Positions 9,818 to 19,593 of a stretch of 61,397 nucleotides of DNA are shown piece after piece (position 1 is the first letter of the stretch; the number at the start of each line of letters is the position of its first letter). The translations under genes were made by a program, and so were the position numbers. Under the pieces are notes generated by a model, which worked only from the letters and a program-made list of their open reading frames with translations, made no database searches and had not been told where the DNA came from. This DNA comes from a virus (Duplodnaviria; Caudoviricetes): positions 1 through 61,397 of the IMG/VR virus record IMGVR_UViG_3300017971_000306, one strand, 5' to 3'.

Positions 9818-9886
9818 GACTCTCTCCTTGGTTAGGTTGTGAGATCGGCCCTGCGTGGTTAGCAGGAGGCCTCACTCAACAGTTGG

Positions 9887-10876
9887 TTACGAGGTCGTGT
9901 AATGCGTGATCCCGCAGTTGCCATCCTGATCCGTGCGCAGGTTGGGCACACTGATCGTCATGACCTTGTACAGGAACACCATTCCACCCTGCTCCTCCCA
10001 TTCCACGTTGGTCAGGGGCAGGCCTTCCACCATCCGGACCACATCCATGCTCATCTGAACGAGCAGAACATTGTCAGCGGCCAGCTTGTCGGCCACCTTG
10101 ACGTCCTGAATGTTCGTGATCTGCATGATGCGCTCCTTGATCGTGTTGGAGCCCTTGGCATCCGAGTAATCCTCATCCAGCTTGGTTTCATACGCCGCTG
10201 GTATGTAGAGGATGTACGGGCCGTACATCTTGGCGTCCAGACTGTCCTGCTTCATAGCAAGGACATCATCCACGATGTCAGCGCCAGTCGTGCCGGAGTC
10301 AGTCCACGCCGCACCGAGGGTCCCGGTGTTGCGGCTCGGGAAGTTGGTATATCCATACAGGTTATACCCGCCAAACGCAAAGGTGCCATACCCGTTGAAC
10401 AGTATGTCCTCCTGCGTGTCGGCTACCTTCCGAGAGGCCAGCCTTGCCTGGGTGGTGTCCAGAGCCTCCCCGGTGTTCCGGGAAGCCGCCAGCTTGCGGA
10501 TGCTGATCTGATAGTCCTTGTGGATGATCGGCAGAGGCAGGCCAACTATCTCGTAGTTGACTGCATCATTCTGGCCACGGGTGACCCCATCCATGTTGAC
10601 TTCAGCATCCCGCATGTCGCTGATGTTCTCTGATTCCAGCACGGTTTTGCCAAGACCGTTGGTCAGACCGTAGCGCAGGCCCCTTCCGAGGAGGTCTGCG
10701 ACACCCACGAGCCTGTCCTGTGCGGCCTCAATGATTGCCGTGTCATACTCCAACCACTCCTCTCTCCGGAGAGTTGCGTTGGTCCGGAGGGCCGCCACGT
10801 CCATGTTAGCCGCCAAAAGCCGCTGAGACATGGAGCCCCCATTCTTGATCAGCATCTCAAGGAATTGCTTGTCCAT
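9887..10876 (-). CDS. Major capsid protein (HK97 fold, Linocin-M18/encapsulin-like)
   Basis: 329 aa; LRREEWLEYD...RLVGVADL...PLPIIHKDYQISIRKLAASR...YGYTNFPSRN...GPYILY; follows protease and decoration genes. Confidence 0.88.
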   Translation of the reverse strand: MDKQFLEMLIKNGGSMSQRLLAANMDVAALRTNATLRREEWLEYDTAIIEAAQDRLVGVADLLGRGLRYGLTNGLGKTVLESENISDMRDAEVNMDGVTRGQNDAVNYEIVGLPLPIIHKDYQISIRKLAASRNTGEALDTTQARLASRKVADTQEDILFNGYGTFAFGGYNLYGYTNFPSRNTGTLGAAWTDSGTTGADIVDDVLAMKQDSLDAKMYGPYILYIPAAYETKLDEDYSDAKGSNTIKERIMQITNIQDVKVADKLAADNVLLVQMSMDVVRMVEGLPLTNVEWEEQGGMVFLYKVMTISVPNLRTDQDGNCGITHYTTS

Positions 10877-10903
10877 TGTTTTTCTCCTTTCCTGTGTTGC
10901 TGA

Positions 10904-11341
10904 TTAGAGCCAGCGCACAACAATGCGCCTGTCTGCTACAGGGACACTGCCGGCACTTGCGTCAACCGCTTCCCGGGCCACGCAGACATCGACTGCCGTT
11001 GTGGTGGGCGTTGCCTGAACCTCTCCACCATCCGCAAATGCGAGGAGGTCCCCAACTCCTACATTCTCGCCATCGGCAAGAATCAGGTATGATTCGTCAC
11101 CAGACTTGAACACACGGTACAGCACCCTGTCCCCTGCGCCATAGTCATCGGCAACGCCGTTGCCCTGAAGATAGTCCTCAATTGCCACGGCCTTTTCACC
11201 AACCGTGCCACCTGTGGCTTTCTTCTGGACATTCCCGGTTGAGAGAAGCTCAACCACCTGACCGGGAGTGATAGCCGCTTCCGCAACCGCTTCACTCTGC
11301 ATCCCGGTCCCAATCACAATGATCGTGTTTCTTACAGGCAT
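10904..11341 (-). CDS. Capsid decoration/cement protein
   Basis: 145 aa, AEAAITPGQVVEL pattern; lies between scaffold and capsid genes. Confidence 0.7.
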   Translation of the reverse strand: MPVRNTIIVIGTGMQSEAVAEAAITPGQVVELLSTGNVQKKATGGTVGEKAVAIEDYLQGNGVADDYGAGDRVLYRVFKSGDESYLILADGENVGVGDLLAFADGGEVQATPTTTAVDVCVAREAVDASAGSVPVADRRIVVRWL

Positions 11342-11376
11342 TTCATTTCCTCCTTCTTGTTACGATCATTCTTGTT

Positions 11377-13122
11377 TCAGCTGGCCTTCTGAGCCGGGCA
11401 CAGGACAGGCATCTGCGGCACGCCATCGCTGGCATTGGCCGTGACTTCTGCCGGCACACGGGCCGAGAAATCCAACACTTTCTTTTCCGATCCGGACAGC
11501 GTCAGGAGTTTTTCCAGATCCTCGATGGACTTGCCCTTCAACTCCTCGTCAGAGAAGGGGCAGGCCTCGTTGGCCTTCAACTCCTTGATCATGTTCGCCT
11601 TGACCTGCTCATCCCGGGCTACAGCACGCTTGAGCGTTGCCGCCGCTTCAGGATTCTGCTTTTCAAGGTTGGCAATCACGTCCTGCACGCTTTCCTTGTT
11701 CTGTGCGGGCTCAGCATCCCCGGCTCCGGCTTCCCCTTCACCCTCGCCATCTCCGGCTCCTGCATCACCTTCACCATCTCCGTCACCCTCGGAGCCTTCC
11801 CCTGCGGCCTCACCCTCACCACCTTCTGCGGCTCCGGCTTCCCCTTCTCCCTCACCGTCACCCTCATTGGTCGTGGGTTTGTTGACCCTGTCGAACTGGT
11901 CATCACTCATATTCATGAGCAACTCCCGGTCCTCCTCACCCCAATCGCTGTTCGCAATCAGAGCATCCACCATTTGTGATCTGTCCATTGCAGACCCTCC
12001 TTTGGTTGCGGTGCCGCCCTGATTGGCGTCACCAGTTGCTTGGTTGGTTACTGGCACATAGGAAATCATTGGCTTGACCTCGGCCCGATCTCCCACCAGC
12101 TGGAGCTCATCGTTGGCGTCCAACGAATAGCCCTGCTTGAACAGCTGTGCCTTGCCGTCCTTGTCTTCAACCCCGTATATGACGTGTTTGTCGAACACAT
12201 CCCGCACGAACAGGAACATGTCCTGCCCGAGATTCAGAGAAGTGGCCAAGGTGTCCCGGAGGGCCAGCCTGACATCGTCATGGCTGATCTCGTTGACCTT
12301 GAGTCCCAGCTTCTCTCCGAGGGCCGAAAACAGTTTGTTTATCCCGCTCATTTCCTGCTCTCCTTCCTGTCCATCCTCCTTCCTGTTGACTCTGGGCGTG
12401 CCTGCCCCATCTTCCCAACTGCAGGCACCCTTGTCATTAGGCAACAGGGCCAGATGATCCGGCCTGTAGTTGAATACTGTTCCGCTGAACTTCTCGCCAT
12501 TCCACTCCCCCGGCTCCATGTCGCACTCGGTGAACAGGCCTGTGCTCACCTCAATATGCTGATTCTGCTCCAGCATGCTCAAGATCTCCGGGGCCACCTC
12601 CTTGCACTTCTCAATATTGATCCAGACCTCTCCGTGAAGCTTGCCTGTCTCCTCGTTGAAGTAGCAATTGAAAAGCTGACCCACCGTCTGCCGCTCCACA
12701 ACATCCGGGCTATTGGCTGTGATCGGCTTGCCCATCAGATCCGGGTGGTTGACCACCACGGGCTCCCCGGCCCAGCTGTCCGGGAATTTGGACAACTCCT
12801 CAGCAGGGTAGAACACGCCATTGTGGACCCCTTCACAGATCAGGACCGTGGGGCATACCAGATAGTCCACCCCGTCAAGATCCTCCCTGCGGATCAGGTT
12901 GCTCATCAGGTGCCGGATCTGCTGGCTGTTCACCTGCATCCCCTCATCCTGATTGAACCGCAACCCATAATCCGAGTTGTTGGCCGGACCCGCAAATTGC
13001 GTATGGCAAACAGCGGCCCGTTGATCCCCATCCGGGAATTCACTTGTCATGACGCTATCCCCCATACAGCGGCTCATGAACTTCTTTTCTGACTCACCTT
13101 TTTTAGGCTTTGGCAAGGGCAT
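11377..13122 (-). CDS. Prohead protease / scaffold (DUF2213-like)
   Basis: YPAEEL...W...PVVVNHP...GEVWI...EVSTG...PDHLALLP...GACSWEDGAG, then an acidic Gly/Glu scaffold-like tail; start set at MPLPKPKK. Confidence 0.85.
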   Translation of the reverse strand: MPLPKPKKGESEKKFMSRCMGDSVMTSEFPDGDQRAAVCHTQFAGPANNSDYGLRFNQDEGMQVNSQQIRHLMSNLIRREDLDGVDYLVCPTVLICEGVHNGVFYPAEELSKFPDSWAGEPVVVNHPDLMGKPITANSPDVVERQTVGQLFNCYFNEETGKLHGEVWINIEKCKEVAPEILSMLEQNQHIEVSTGLFTECDMEPGEWNGEKFSGTVFNYRPDHLALLPNDKGACSWEDGAGTPRVNRKEDGQEGEQEMSGINKLFSALGEKLGLKVNEISHDDVRLALRDTLATSLNLGQDMFLFVRDVFDKHVIYGVEDKDGKAQLFKQGYSLDANDELQLVGDRAEVKPMISYVPVTNQATGDANQGGTATKGGSAMDRSQMVDALIANSDWGEEDRELLMNMSDDQFDRVNKPTTNEGDGEGEGEAGAAEGGEGEAAGEGSEGDGDGEGDAGAGDGEGEGEAGAGDAEPAQNKESVQDVIANLEKQNPEAAATLKRAVARDEQVKANMIKELKANEACPFSDEELKGKSIEDLEKLLTLSGSEKKVLDFSARVPAEVTANASDGVPQMPVLCPAQKAS

Positions 13123-13276
13123 TGTTTTCCCTCCTCTTGCTGAAGTCAATGCGGGCATATCCGTTGCTGTAGGCCCGGGAGCCACCGCCAACACGGCTCT
13201 CGGCCCTTGCCCGTGCAAGCTGGTTTTCACCGCCCGGGTTGCCCTTCATCATTGGCTTGTTCGTGTTCTTGCTCAT
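13103..13276 (-). CDS. Small basic hypothetical protein (57 aa)
   Basis: GGAGGGAG RBS; ATG overlaps the upstream stop; MSKNTNKPMMKG. Confidence 0.5.
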   Translation of the reverse strand: MSKNTNKPMMKGNPGGENQLARARAESRVGGGSRAYSNGYARIDFSKRRENNALAKA

Positions 13277-13644
13277 TCTCCCTCCATGTAATCCGGGGTG
13301 CTCCAATTCCCCGGAGGGCTTTTCAATTCTGCTATGGCCTCCTCCAGTGTCGGGATCGGCTGAGGACCCCACGCAAAATCCGGGGTGTCCCGGGCCAACA
13401 GCCATCTCCGGGCTAGAACAACAACCACGCTGTTCTGTGTCCCGGTGTCAAACCACTCGGTGTATCCATCCCCCTTGTTTCCCATAGCCCCGAGGCCCTC
13501 AGGCATCCCCTGCTCCTCCTCCACCGGGGTCAGGACCGCTATGCCCTCATCAGCCAGTGTTTCCTTCTCGGAGATCCCCACCTCAATACCGTCAATCACG
13601 AGGGTGGCCCTGTCCTGAGCAAATATGGCTTGGAACACCGTCAT
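13273..13644 (-). CDS. Acidic hypothetical protein, candidate immunity/partner of the MuF C-terminal domain
   Basis: 123 aa, ATGA-coupled to the MuF stop; role inferred from position only. Confidence 0.6.
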   Translation of the reverse strand: MTVFQAIFAQDRATLVIDGIEVGISEKETLADEGIAVLTPVEEEQGMPEGLGAMGNKGDGYTEWFDTGTQNSVVVVLARRWLLARDTPDFAWGPQPIPTLEEAIAELKSPPGNWSTPDYMEGE

Positions 13645-16600
13645 TTCTTTGCTCCTCTCACATGCTTCAAATCAACGCCCCACTTGGTGGCATTCTGTCC
13701 GTTGCCCTGTCCTACCGTGGGAACATTCCGGACCTGCTTGAACGGCAACCTGCCGGCAATGAAGCTGACCTCATTTTCCCCGTCACTGTAGAACAAGCCG
13801 CCTCCCCGGCCCGGGGTGCGCTCCATAAAGTACAGCCCTGTCACCCTGTCATGAGGCACGGCCTGAATGGTAACATCCCGGTGGTTGACACTCACCTTCC
13901 GATAGATGCTTGCGCTCTCATTGGCCCCACGCACTACCTTCCCGGCCTTCATTTGGCTTATGGCAGTGGATGATTCAGTCCGGATGAGCCGGAGGACCCT
14001 GCGGCCCTTGTCATTAAACCTGAACGAGGTTTTGCCCAAAAACTCCTGCACGAAAGCGTGATATTGCGTCAGTGACTTCTCCACTGTCTCGGCCCCATAC
14101 CGGGAGATGAGAGCATCATAGGATCGGGCCGCATCCTCAGCCCCTCTCCTCCAGAAGTATCCTGTCTTGAGATTGACTGTCCTGTTCTTGGCGATAAAGT
14201 ATTTGTAGGCCTGAGCCTGAGAGCCCCACGTGGACCCTGCGTGTGAGTCTGTCCACGCCGCTACAACATCCATATTGCCGCCATTCTTGCTCATGTACTC
14301 CTTCATAGCCTCGACTACAGACTTGCCGTCATCAACCACGGGCTTCTTGGGCACCTTTGTCTTGGGAACATAGGGGTCAAGGTTGGCCACCTTCTTCAGT
14401 GTCTTTTCTCCCGGGGCTTGGCTGTTGAAAAACTTCCTGAGCTTCTGCCACTGCTTCAAATCGTGTTTCTGCTGAGGGGTCAGCTTGGCCTTGGGGATGG
14501 CCTCCAGCTTCAGGCCTGCCTTCCGGGCCGCTTTGATCTTGGCGGCATTGAAAGCCTGATCCCCGTTTGCCATATGATAATTGATGTTTTTGGCGGCTGT
14601 GACCATGGTGTCAAATTCACTCGACTGCGGGTGAACTGTCTTGGCTGGTCGTGTGCTCCTCCGGCCTCCCCGGAGTTTGTCCCAGATCTGCCCGTGCTCA
14701 TCCACAAGGTCCACAGCCCCGGATTGCGTCTGTCTCATAGCCGTTGGGAAGCGTGCGGACACTCCGGCCTTCCGCAGTTTCATCATCTCCCGGGTCAGGT
14801 CCTCGGTGTAGGCAATGCGCCACTTGCTCTGCTTCATATCGAGGGCTTTCTCAGCGATGTCCTGCATGTTCTGCCACCGAGCCTCAACCGTCTTGCGAAT
14901 GTCCTTGGGGAGATCCTTGAGCATCTTGGTCATCTTGGCTTTGGGGGTCTTGTTGATAGCCCGGGCAATCTCGTAAATGTCTGTGCCGCCGAACACGTCT
15001 GCGGCTGACTGGTTCACGGCCTTGTCCCGCATGGTCCACAACTCCATCGGGAAGTCATCAAAGTCACCAGCCTTCTTCATGGCCCCTTGCGCCCGGAAGC
15101 GCAGGCCCGATCCGTTGTCAATCCTCCAGACATTCCCGGCCTTGTCAACTATGATGTTGTCCTTCCCGAGGCCAGCCACGTCCCGGTTGCCGAGCAGGCT
15201 GTCAATGTGGAAATCCTTTTCCAGCTGTCGCAGGACCTTGTCCCGGTTTGCGGCTGAGGCCCGGGACAGATATGAGCCCAGCTCATCGCCGTCAATGAAC
15301 TCGGCCAGCTTGACAGGGCCTCGGGGTGTCTGATATACCCGGAAGGCCGGGACACGCACGCCCATGGTCCTGTAGGCCGCATCCGTGACAGCCTCCTCGG
15401 TGAGGTGAGCGGCTGAGGCTCCCCGCTTCATCACAAACAAGCGGCCCTTGCTATCCTTGACCAATTCTGCGCCTGTAGAGCCACCCAGCTTGCGCACTCT
15501 GGTGACGTCTGTAACAGCCTTTGGGAAGCCTGCAGGGGCCGGGAGTTTGATTGTTTCTGCGACAGCAGGAGCCCGGGGCACCGGGGTCTCACCGAGCACA
15601 AACCGCTTGACCTCCTGCCGTGTGTAAAACTTCTTGCCGCCCGGGGAGGTGTACACCTTCATTTTGCCAGTCTTCACAACCTTTGTTTCCACTGTGAAGC
15701 CTTGTGCGAGAATGTCAGCGTCAGTATCAAACTTGATCTGCGGAGGGGCCTTCATAATCGGCTCCGGAGCCGGGGCCTTGGGTTTGGCCGGGGCCTTGGG
15801 CTTCTCAAACAGCTCAGGATACTTGGCCTGCACAGCGGCTTTCTCCTCCGGGGTCAGCGGTGTGGGGGTGACCTTCTTGGGCTTGGGCTTGGGCTTCACC
15901 GCTTTGGGCTTGGGCACCGGAGGCTTGGGGAACACCGGGGTGACCTTGAGGGGCTTGGCCTCTGTGGGGACTGCCGGCACTGGGGGCTTCACCTTCCCCT
16001 TCACAGGCTGAATCGTCACAGGCTTCCCGGTGGCCACGGCCTTGGCTTTTGCCGCCGCATCAGCGGCTTTCTTCTCTGCATAGCTTTTGGGCGTGATGGG
16101 CGTGAACTTGCTCTTCAGGGGCTTCCCGATCTTGGGGGCTCCGGGGAGTTGCTTGCCTGTCCTGTCTTCATATAGACCCCTCCGCACAAACGTGCCATCT
16201 TTACGGACATATTGCGGCCCTACTGCCTTGGCAATGTCATCCTGCGAGGGAATATGTGCTTTTTGCGGCCCAACGGCAGGAAGTGCGACACAGCGACACT
16301 GAGGGTGTAGAGGGATTAAACCTTCAATATTATCAAGTGAATAAATGCGGCCTTCCATGGATGCGCAGTCAGGACACACCCTGTCATCCCCGGCTGTGCT
16401 CCACTCGGCTTTGACCTTCACGCCTTCCACCCCAGCTTCCCTGTAGGTGTTGATTGTCGCCACGTGATGAGCCCTGATGACCTCAGTGCGTGCTATGATC
16501 CGGGCTCGGGTCAGGGAGGGGATCTTGCGCCCGAGGCTGTCCACTGTCGCCAGTGACTTCCCGGAGGCCTCAATTGTCTTGTTCAATATCTGCGCAATCT

Positions 16601-17333
16601 GGCGTGGGTTGCGGCCCTCGGCTATCCCTTGGGCTAGCCTGTGAGACATCAGGGCTTCCATATCATCGGTGATCCCCTTGAGATCCGTGTACATCCGGGT
16701 GTAGATCAGACCCACCTTGTCTGCGTGGAGAGGGGTGTTGAATCGTGCATCGATCCCGAGGACAGGGCCACCCTCCGGAAGCTTGGGTGGGGTGATCCCG
16801 GCTTTGATCAATTCCTGATCGGCCCTTTTGAGGCCCTGCTTGTATGCGCTGTCTATGTAGGTGTTGGCCCAAGCGACATTGCCCACGGCCTTCCGGGGAG
16901 CACCCTGCGCAATTCCAAGGATCTCCTGATTGTTCTGCCCGTGCAACCACTCCATGAAGCCTTCCACCTTCCCCGGGTCCGTGTCAAAGGCAAAGGCCTT
17001 GGGTGGCAGGGCCGCATTGGCGACTAGGGCAGAGAAGGGGGGCAGAGTTGTGCTGTTGGGAAGCTCACCTGCGGGCTCATCCCGGAGGCCCAGTGCGTCA
17101 TTGGTGACGATGCTCTCCCAGATCTCAGATTTGATCAACCTGAATCTGCGGTTCATCTCTGCAACAAAGGCCCTCCGGATGCCGGCAGTGCGTGTAGGAT
17201 CGGCCTGCATAGCGGCATTTAGCCGGAAATGCTTTGAACAGCCACAGGAATCAGCCGCAGAGCCACGCAGGTTGTGCTTCCTGCTGGCGTATGCCTTGCG
17301 TCTGTGGTAGGCTGTCAGGCTTGCTACACTCAT
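13641..17333 (-). CDS. MuF / SPP1 gp7-like head morphogenesis protein with long C-terminal extension (MBD-like, kinase-like, ART-like)
   Basis: RARIIARTE...[13 protein letters not shown]...IPLHPQCRC MuF core; Pro/Lys linker; LGGSTGA...FVMK...E...LGNRD...NII...IDNG kinase motifs; LIRTE...ESAS...ENE near the C-terminus. Confidence 0.88.
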   Translation of the reverse strand: MSVASLTAYHRRKAYASRKHNLRGSAADSCGCSKHFRLNAAMQADPTRTAGIRRAFVAEMNRRFRLIKSEIWESIVTNDALGLRDEPAGELPNSTTLPPFSALVANAALPPKAFAFDTDPGKVEGFMEWLHGQNNQEILGIAQGAPRKAVGNVAWANTYIDSAYKQGLKRADQELIKAGITPPKLPEGGPVLGIDARFNTPLHADKVGLIYTRMYTDLKGITDDMEALMSHRLAQGIAEGRNPRQIAQILNKTIEASGKSLATVDSLGRKIPSLTRARIIARTEVIRAHHVATINTYREAGVEGVKVKAEWSTAGDDRVCPDCASMEGRIYSLDNIEGLIPLHPQCRCVALPAVGPQKAHIPSQDDIAKAVGPQYVRKDGTFVRRGLYEDRTGKQLPGAPKIGKPLKSKFTPITPKSYAEKKAADAAAKAKAVATGKPVTIQPVKGKVKPPVPAVPTEAKPLKVTPVFPKPPVPKPKAVKPKPKPKKVTPTPLTPEEKAAVQAKYPELFEKPKAPAKPKAPAPEPIMKAPPQIKFDTDADILAQGFTVETKVVKTGKMKVYTSPGGKKFYTRQEVKRFVLGETPVPRAPAVAETIKLPAPAGFPKAVTDVTRVRKLGGSTGAELVKDSKGRLFVMKRGASAAHLTEEAVTDAAYRTMGVRVPAFRVYQTPRGPVKLAEFIDGDELGSYLSRASAANRDKVLRQLEKDFHIDSLLGNRDVAGLGKDNIIVDKAGNVWRIDNGSGLRFRAQGAMKKAGDFDDFPMELWTMRDKAVNQSAADVFGGTDIYEIARAINKTPKAKMTKMLKDLPKDIRKTVEARWQNMQDIAEKALDMKQSKWRIAYTEDLTREMMKLRKAGVSARFPTAMRQTQSGAVDLVDEHGQIWDKLRGGRRSTRPAKTVHPQSSEFDTMVTAAKNINYHMANGDQAFNAAKIKAARKAGLKLEAIPKAKLTPQQKHDLKQWQKLRKFFNSQAPGEKTLKKVANLDPYVPKTKVPKKPVVDDGKSVVEAMKEYMSKNGGNMDVVAAWTDSHAGSTWGSQAQAYKYFIAKNRTVNLKTGYFWRRGAEDAARSYDALISRYGAETVEKSLTQYHAFVQEFLGKTSFRFNDKGRRVLRLIRTESSTAISQMKAGKVVRGANESASIYRKVSVNHRDVTIQAVPHDRVTGLYFMERTPGRGGGLFYSDGENEVSFIAGRLPFKQVRNVPTVGQGNGQNATKWGVDLKHVRGAKK

Positions 17334-18856
17334 GCCACCTCGGCCTCCTCTGCTTCTGCTGTTTCCTCCTCCTCGGCTAGCTGTGCGGCCTCCTCCTCCT
17401 GTGCCGCCGCTTCAGCCGCCGCAAGTGCCTCTGCATCCTGCCTCTCCTGCTCAAGCATCTCCATGACCTCCTCCATCATGGCCTCGGCCTCCTCCTCGGT
17501 GAAGCCCAAGAAGCGGGTCAGGAAGTGCATGGGCGGCACTACCACCTCGGCTCCGGATGCAACATATGCCTTCAGGGCCTCGGATCTGAGCTTGCCGATC
17601 TCGGCCTGATCCTTGTCGCTGAGTGCATCGATGTCGGGCCATACAACCGTGTAGCCCTCCTCTCCCGGGGCCTTGAGCACGCCTGCGGCCACGCACCTGT
17701 CGATGAACTGTGCCATGATCACGGGCTCTGCAAAGTCATTGCGCCGCTCGGCTACCCTGTCTGTCCAATTCTCCTTGTCCTGTGTGCTGGCCAATTCCCC
17801 TCTCTCCGATCCGGTCAGGATGCGGACAGGGATGCCTGTGGCCCCGCTGATGAGCTTCAGCTGGACATCCACGTGTTTCTCCGGGTCCTCGGCTCCCGGT
17901 GCGAGGTTTTTGGCTTTGATGCCCTTCAGCTTCAGCACCCTCCGGAGGTTGTGCACATATTCATCAATCTCATCGTTGAGTGCGTCCTCATCGTCAATCT
18001 GCGTCCCGGGCTCCATCTCCAGTGCGAGATCCTTGCTTGCTCCCCGCCAGAACATCTCTGCAGAACCACCTGCGATGAGCTCCAGATTTTCAAGCCTGTT
18101 ATAGACACATTCAAGCCGGGGCACGCCCATGACGTTGCTCTCCAGCAATCCCTCGGCCACGTGTACTATCCGGGACCAGTGAACCGTCAGATCAAAACTG
18201 GCTGTCTGCCGGATGTCATCTGTCTTGGTCCCTGCCACGTTGAAATTGACGGATCTGAGCTTGTAGGTCATGGGCAGGCCATACCGCTCGGAGGTGTGGT
18301 CAGCATCCCACGTGTTCACCTCGGCATTCTTCTCGGAATAGGGTTGCATATACAGCAGTCTGCGGGAGGTCCCGGCCTGCACCTCGTTGGCCAACTCCTC
18401 CGGGGCCGAAACATCATCAAATCCGAGGAACAAAACTGCATACTTGCCAATGCCTGCCAGCTTGTCAACCCTTGTGAAATATGACCAGACGTTTATGGTG
18501 TCAGTCAGCTCATCCCAAGACTTCTCGAAAGCTGTTGTCTGGTTGGGGTCCTCTGTCTCGATCACGGAGGGCTGACCCCGCCATGTTGCGTCCGGATAGG
18601 CCGTGATTATGCGCTTGGCAATATCCTGCCGGACAAACTTGCGGTTGTAGTCATCAAATTCAAGATCCTTCTTGTAGCCGAGGGTGGCATACACGTCACG
18701 CTGACCACCATACATTTTCCCGAGGCCCCGGGCCAAGCTTGATCGAGTCAGGTTCACAGACGCCAGTGTCATAAACTTGCTCAGGGCTTCCTGCTCTTTC
18801 TTGTTGAGCGTGATGCCCCCGTTCACCTTTGTCCCGGCTGGATATTGTGTCCTCAT
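17330..18856 (-). CDS. Portal protein (DUF1073-like)
   Basis: About 508 aa between terL and MuF; VHWSRIVH, ISGATGIPVRILTGSERGELAS motifs. Confidence 0.88.
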   Translation of the reverse strand: MRTQYPAGTKVNGGITLNKKEQEALSKFMTLASVNLTRSSLARGLGKMYGGQRDVYATLGYKKDLEFDDYNRKFVRQDIAKRIITAYPDATWRGQPSVIETEDPNQTTAFEKSWDELTDTINVWSYFTRVDKLAGIGKYAVLFLGFDDVSAPEELANEVQAGTSRRLLYMQPYSEKNAEVNTWDADHTSERYGLPMTYKLRSVNFNVAGTKTDDIRQTASFDLTVHWSRIVHVAEGLLESNVMGVPRLECVYNRLENLELIAGGSAEMFWRGASKDLALEMEPGTQIDDEDALNDEIDEYVHNLRRVLKLKGIKAKNLAPGAEDPEKHVDVQLKLISGATGIPVRILTGSERGELASTQDKENWTDRVAERRNDFAEPVIMAQFIDRCVAAGVLKAPGEEGYTVVWPDIDALSDKDQAEIGKLRSEALKAYVASGAEVVVPPMHFLTRFLGFTEEEAEAMMEEVMEMLEQERQDAEALAAAEAAAQEEEAAQLAEEEETAEAEEAEVA

Positions 18857-18857
18857 A

Positions 18858-19238
18858 TCATTCCTCCGCAACAAAGCAATTAGCCTTGACCTGCCCGCTG
18901 ATTGCCTTGAGTTTGATTGTTACCCCGGAGGAGACACGGCCCGCAATCGGCTCCCCGGCCTCGGCCACCTCATCCATGGGGAGGATCGAGCCCCCATTAT
19001 CAGGGCCCACCTGCAGGCTAGCCCCGGTGGCCACCTCCGTCAGCTGTATGACATAGCGGCCCGGGGTTGTGAGGTTGTCCACAGGGAGGTCCACGGTGAC
19101 TCCTGCGCCAATCGTGATCTCCCCGGCCTGAAAGCCCGTGCCTGTTTGAGACAGCCGGATATTCTGGGCCGCCAGCCCTTGGTCCTTGATCTCACCCTTG
19201 TTAATGTTGATGGTGTCGTTCAATGTGATGTCGCTCAC
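18858..19238 (-). CDS. Hypothetical beta-rich protein, possibly virion-associated
   Basis: GGAGGG RBS then GTG start (MSDITLND). Confidence 0.6.
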   Translation of the reverse strand: MSDITLNDTININKGEIKDQGLAAQNIRLSQTGTGFQAGEITIGAGVTVDLPVDNLTTPGRYVIQLTEVATGASLQVGPDNGGSILPMDEVAEAGEPIAGRVSSGVTIKLKAISGQVKANCFVAEE

Positions 19239-19239
19239 G

Positions 19240-19593
19240 TCAATCCCTCCTCTGCAACAAGCTTTCCAGCTTGAAGTATGCCGCATCATCTAGCGCAAAG
19301 CCCACCTCGGCCTCCTGCATTTCACCGAGCCCCTGCAGGCCTGTATAGTCTGCCAACCAGTTGTTCAATGTCTTCCACTCCTCCTGCCCTGCCTCCATAA
19401 AGCTGAAATTGAGCACGTCCGGCCTGCATGTCGGGGGCAAGCAGATCTCCACCTTGAGCTTTGAGGAGATCCCCCATTTGACAGTCAGGTCCTGCATGAT
19501 GGCAACGGCCTGACCCGGGATCTCCACCCACTGATTGATTAGCCGGAGGAGGGTGTGGGCCTCGTGCGGTATGCCTACATATGGTGTCATCAT
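19240..19593 (-). CDS. Hypothetical protein
   Basis: ATGA overlap with the terL stop; GGAGG RBS. Confidence 0.6.
   Translation of the reverse strand: MMTPYVGIPHEAHTLLRLINQWVEIPGQAVAIMQDLTVKWGISSKLKVEICLPPTCRPDVLNFSFMEAGQEEWKTLNNWLADYTGLQGLGEMQEAEVGFALDDAAYFKLESLLQRRD

Noticed and set aside
9887-10876. Encapsulin nanocompartment or bacteriocin gene
   Set aside because: It sits in a full head module with portal, protease and terminase, so it is the major capsid protein.
17330-18856. Anti-CBASS Acb1 label sometimes attached to DUF1073 proteins
   Set aside because: Size and position indicate the portal; no 2H phosphoesterase motif pair was recognised.
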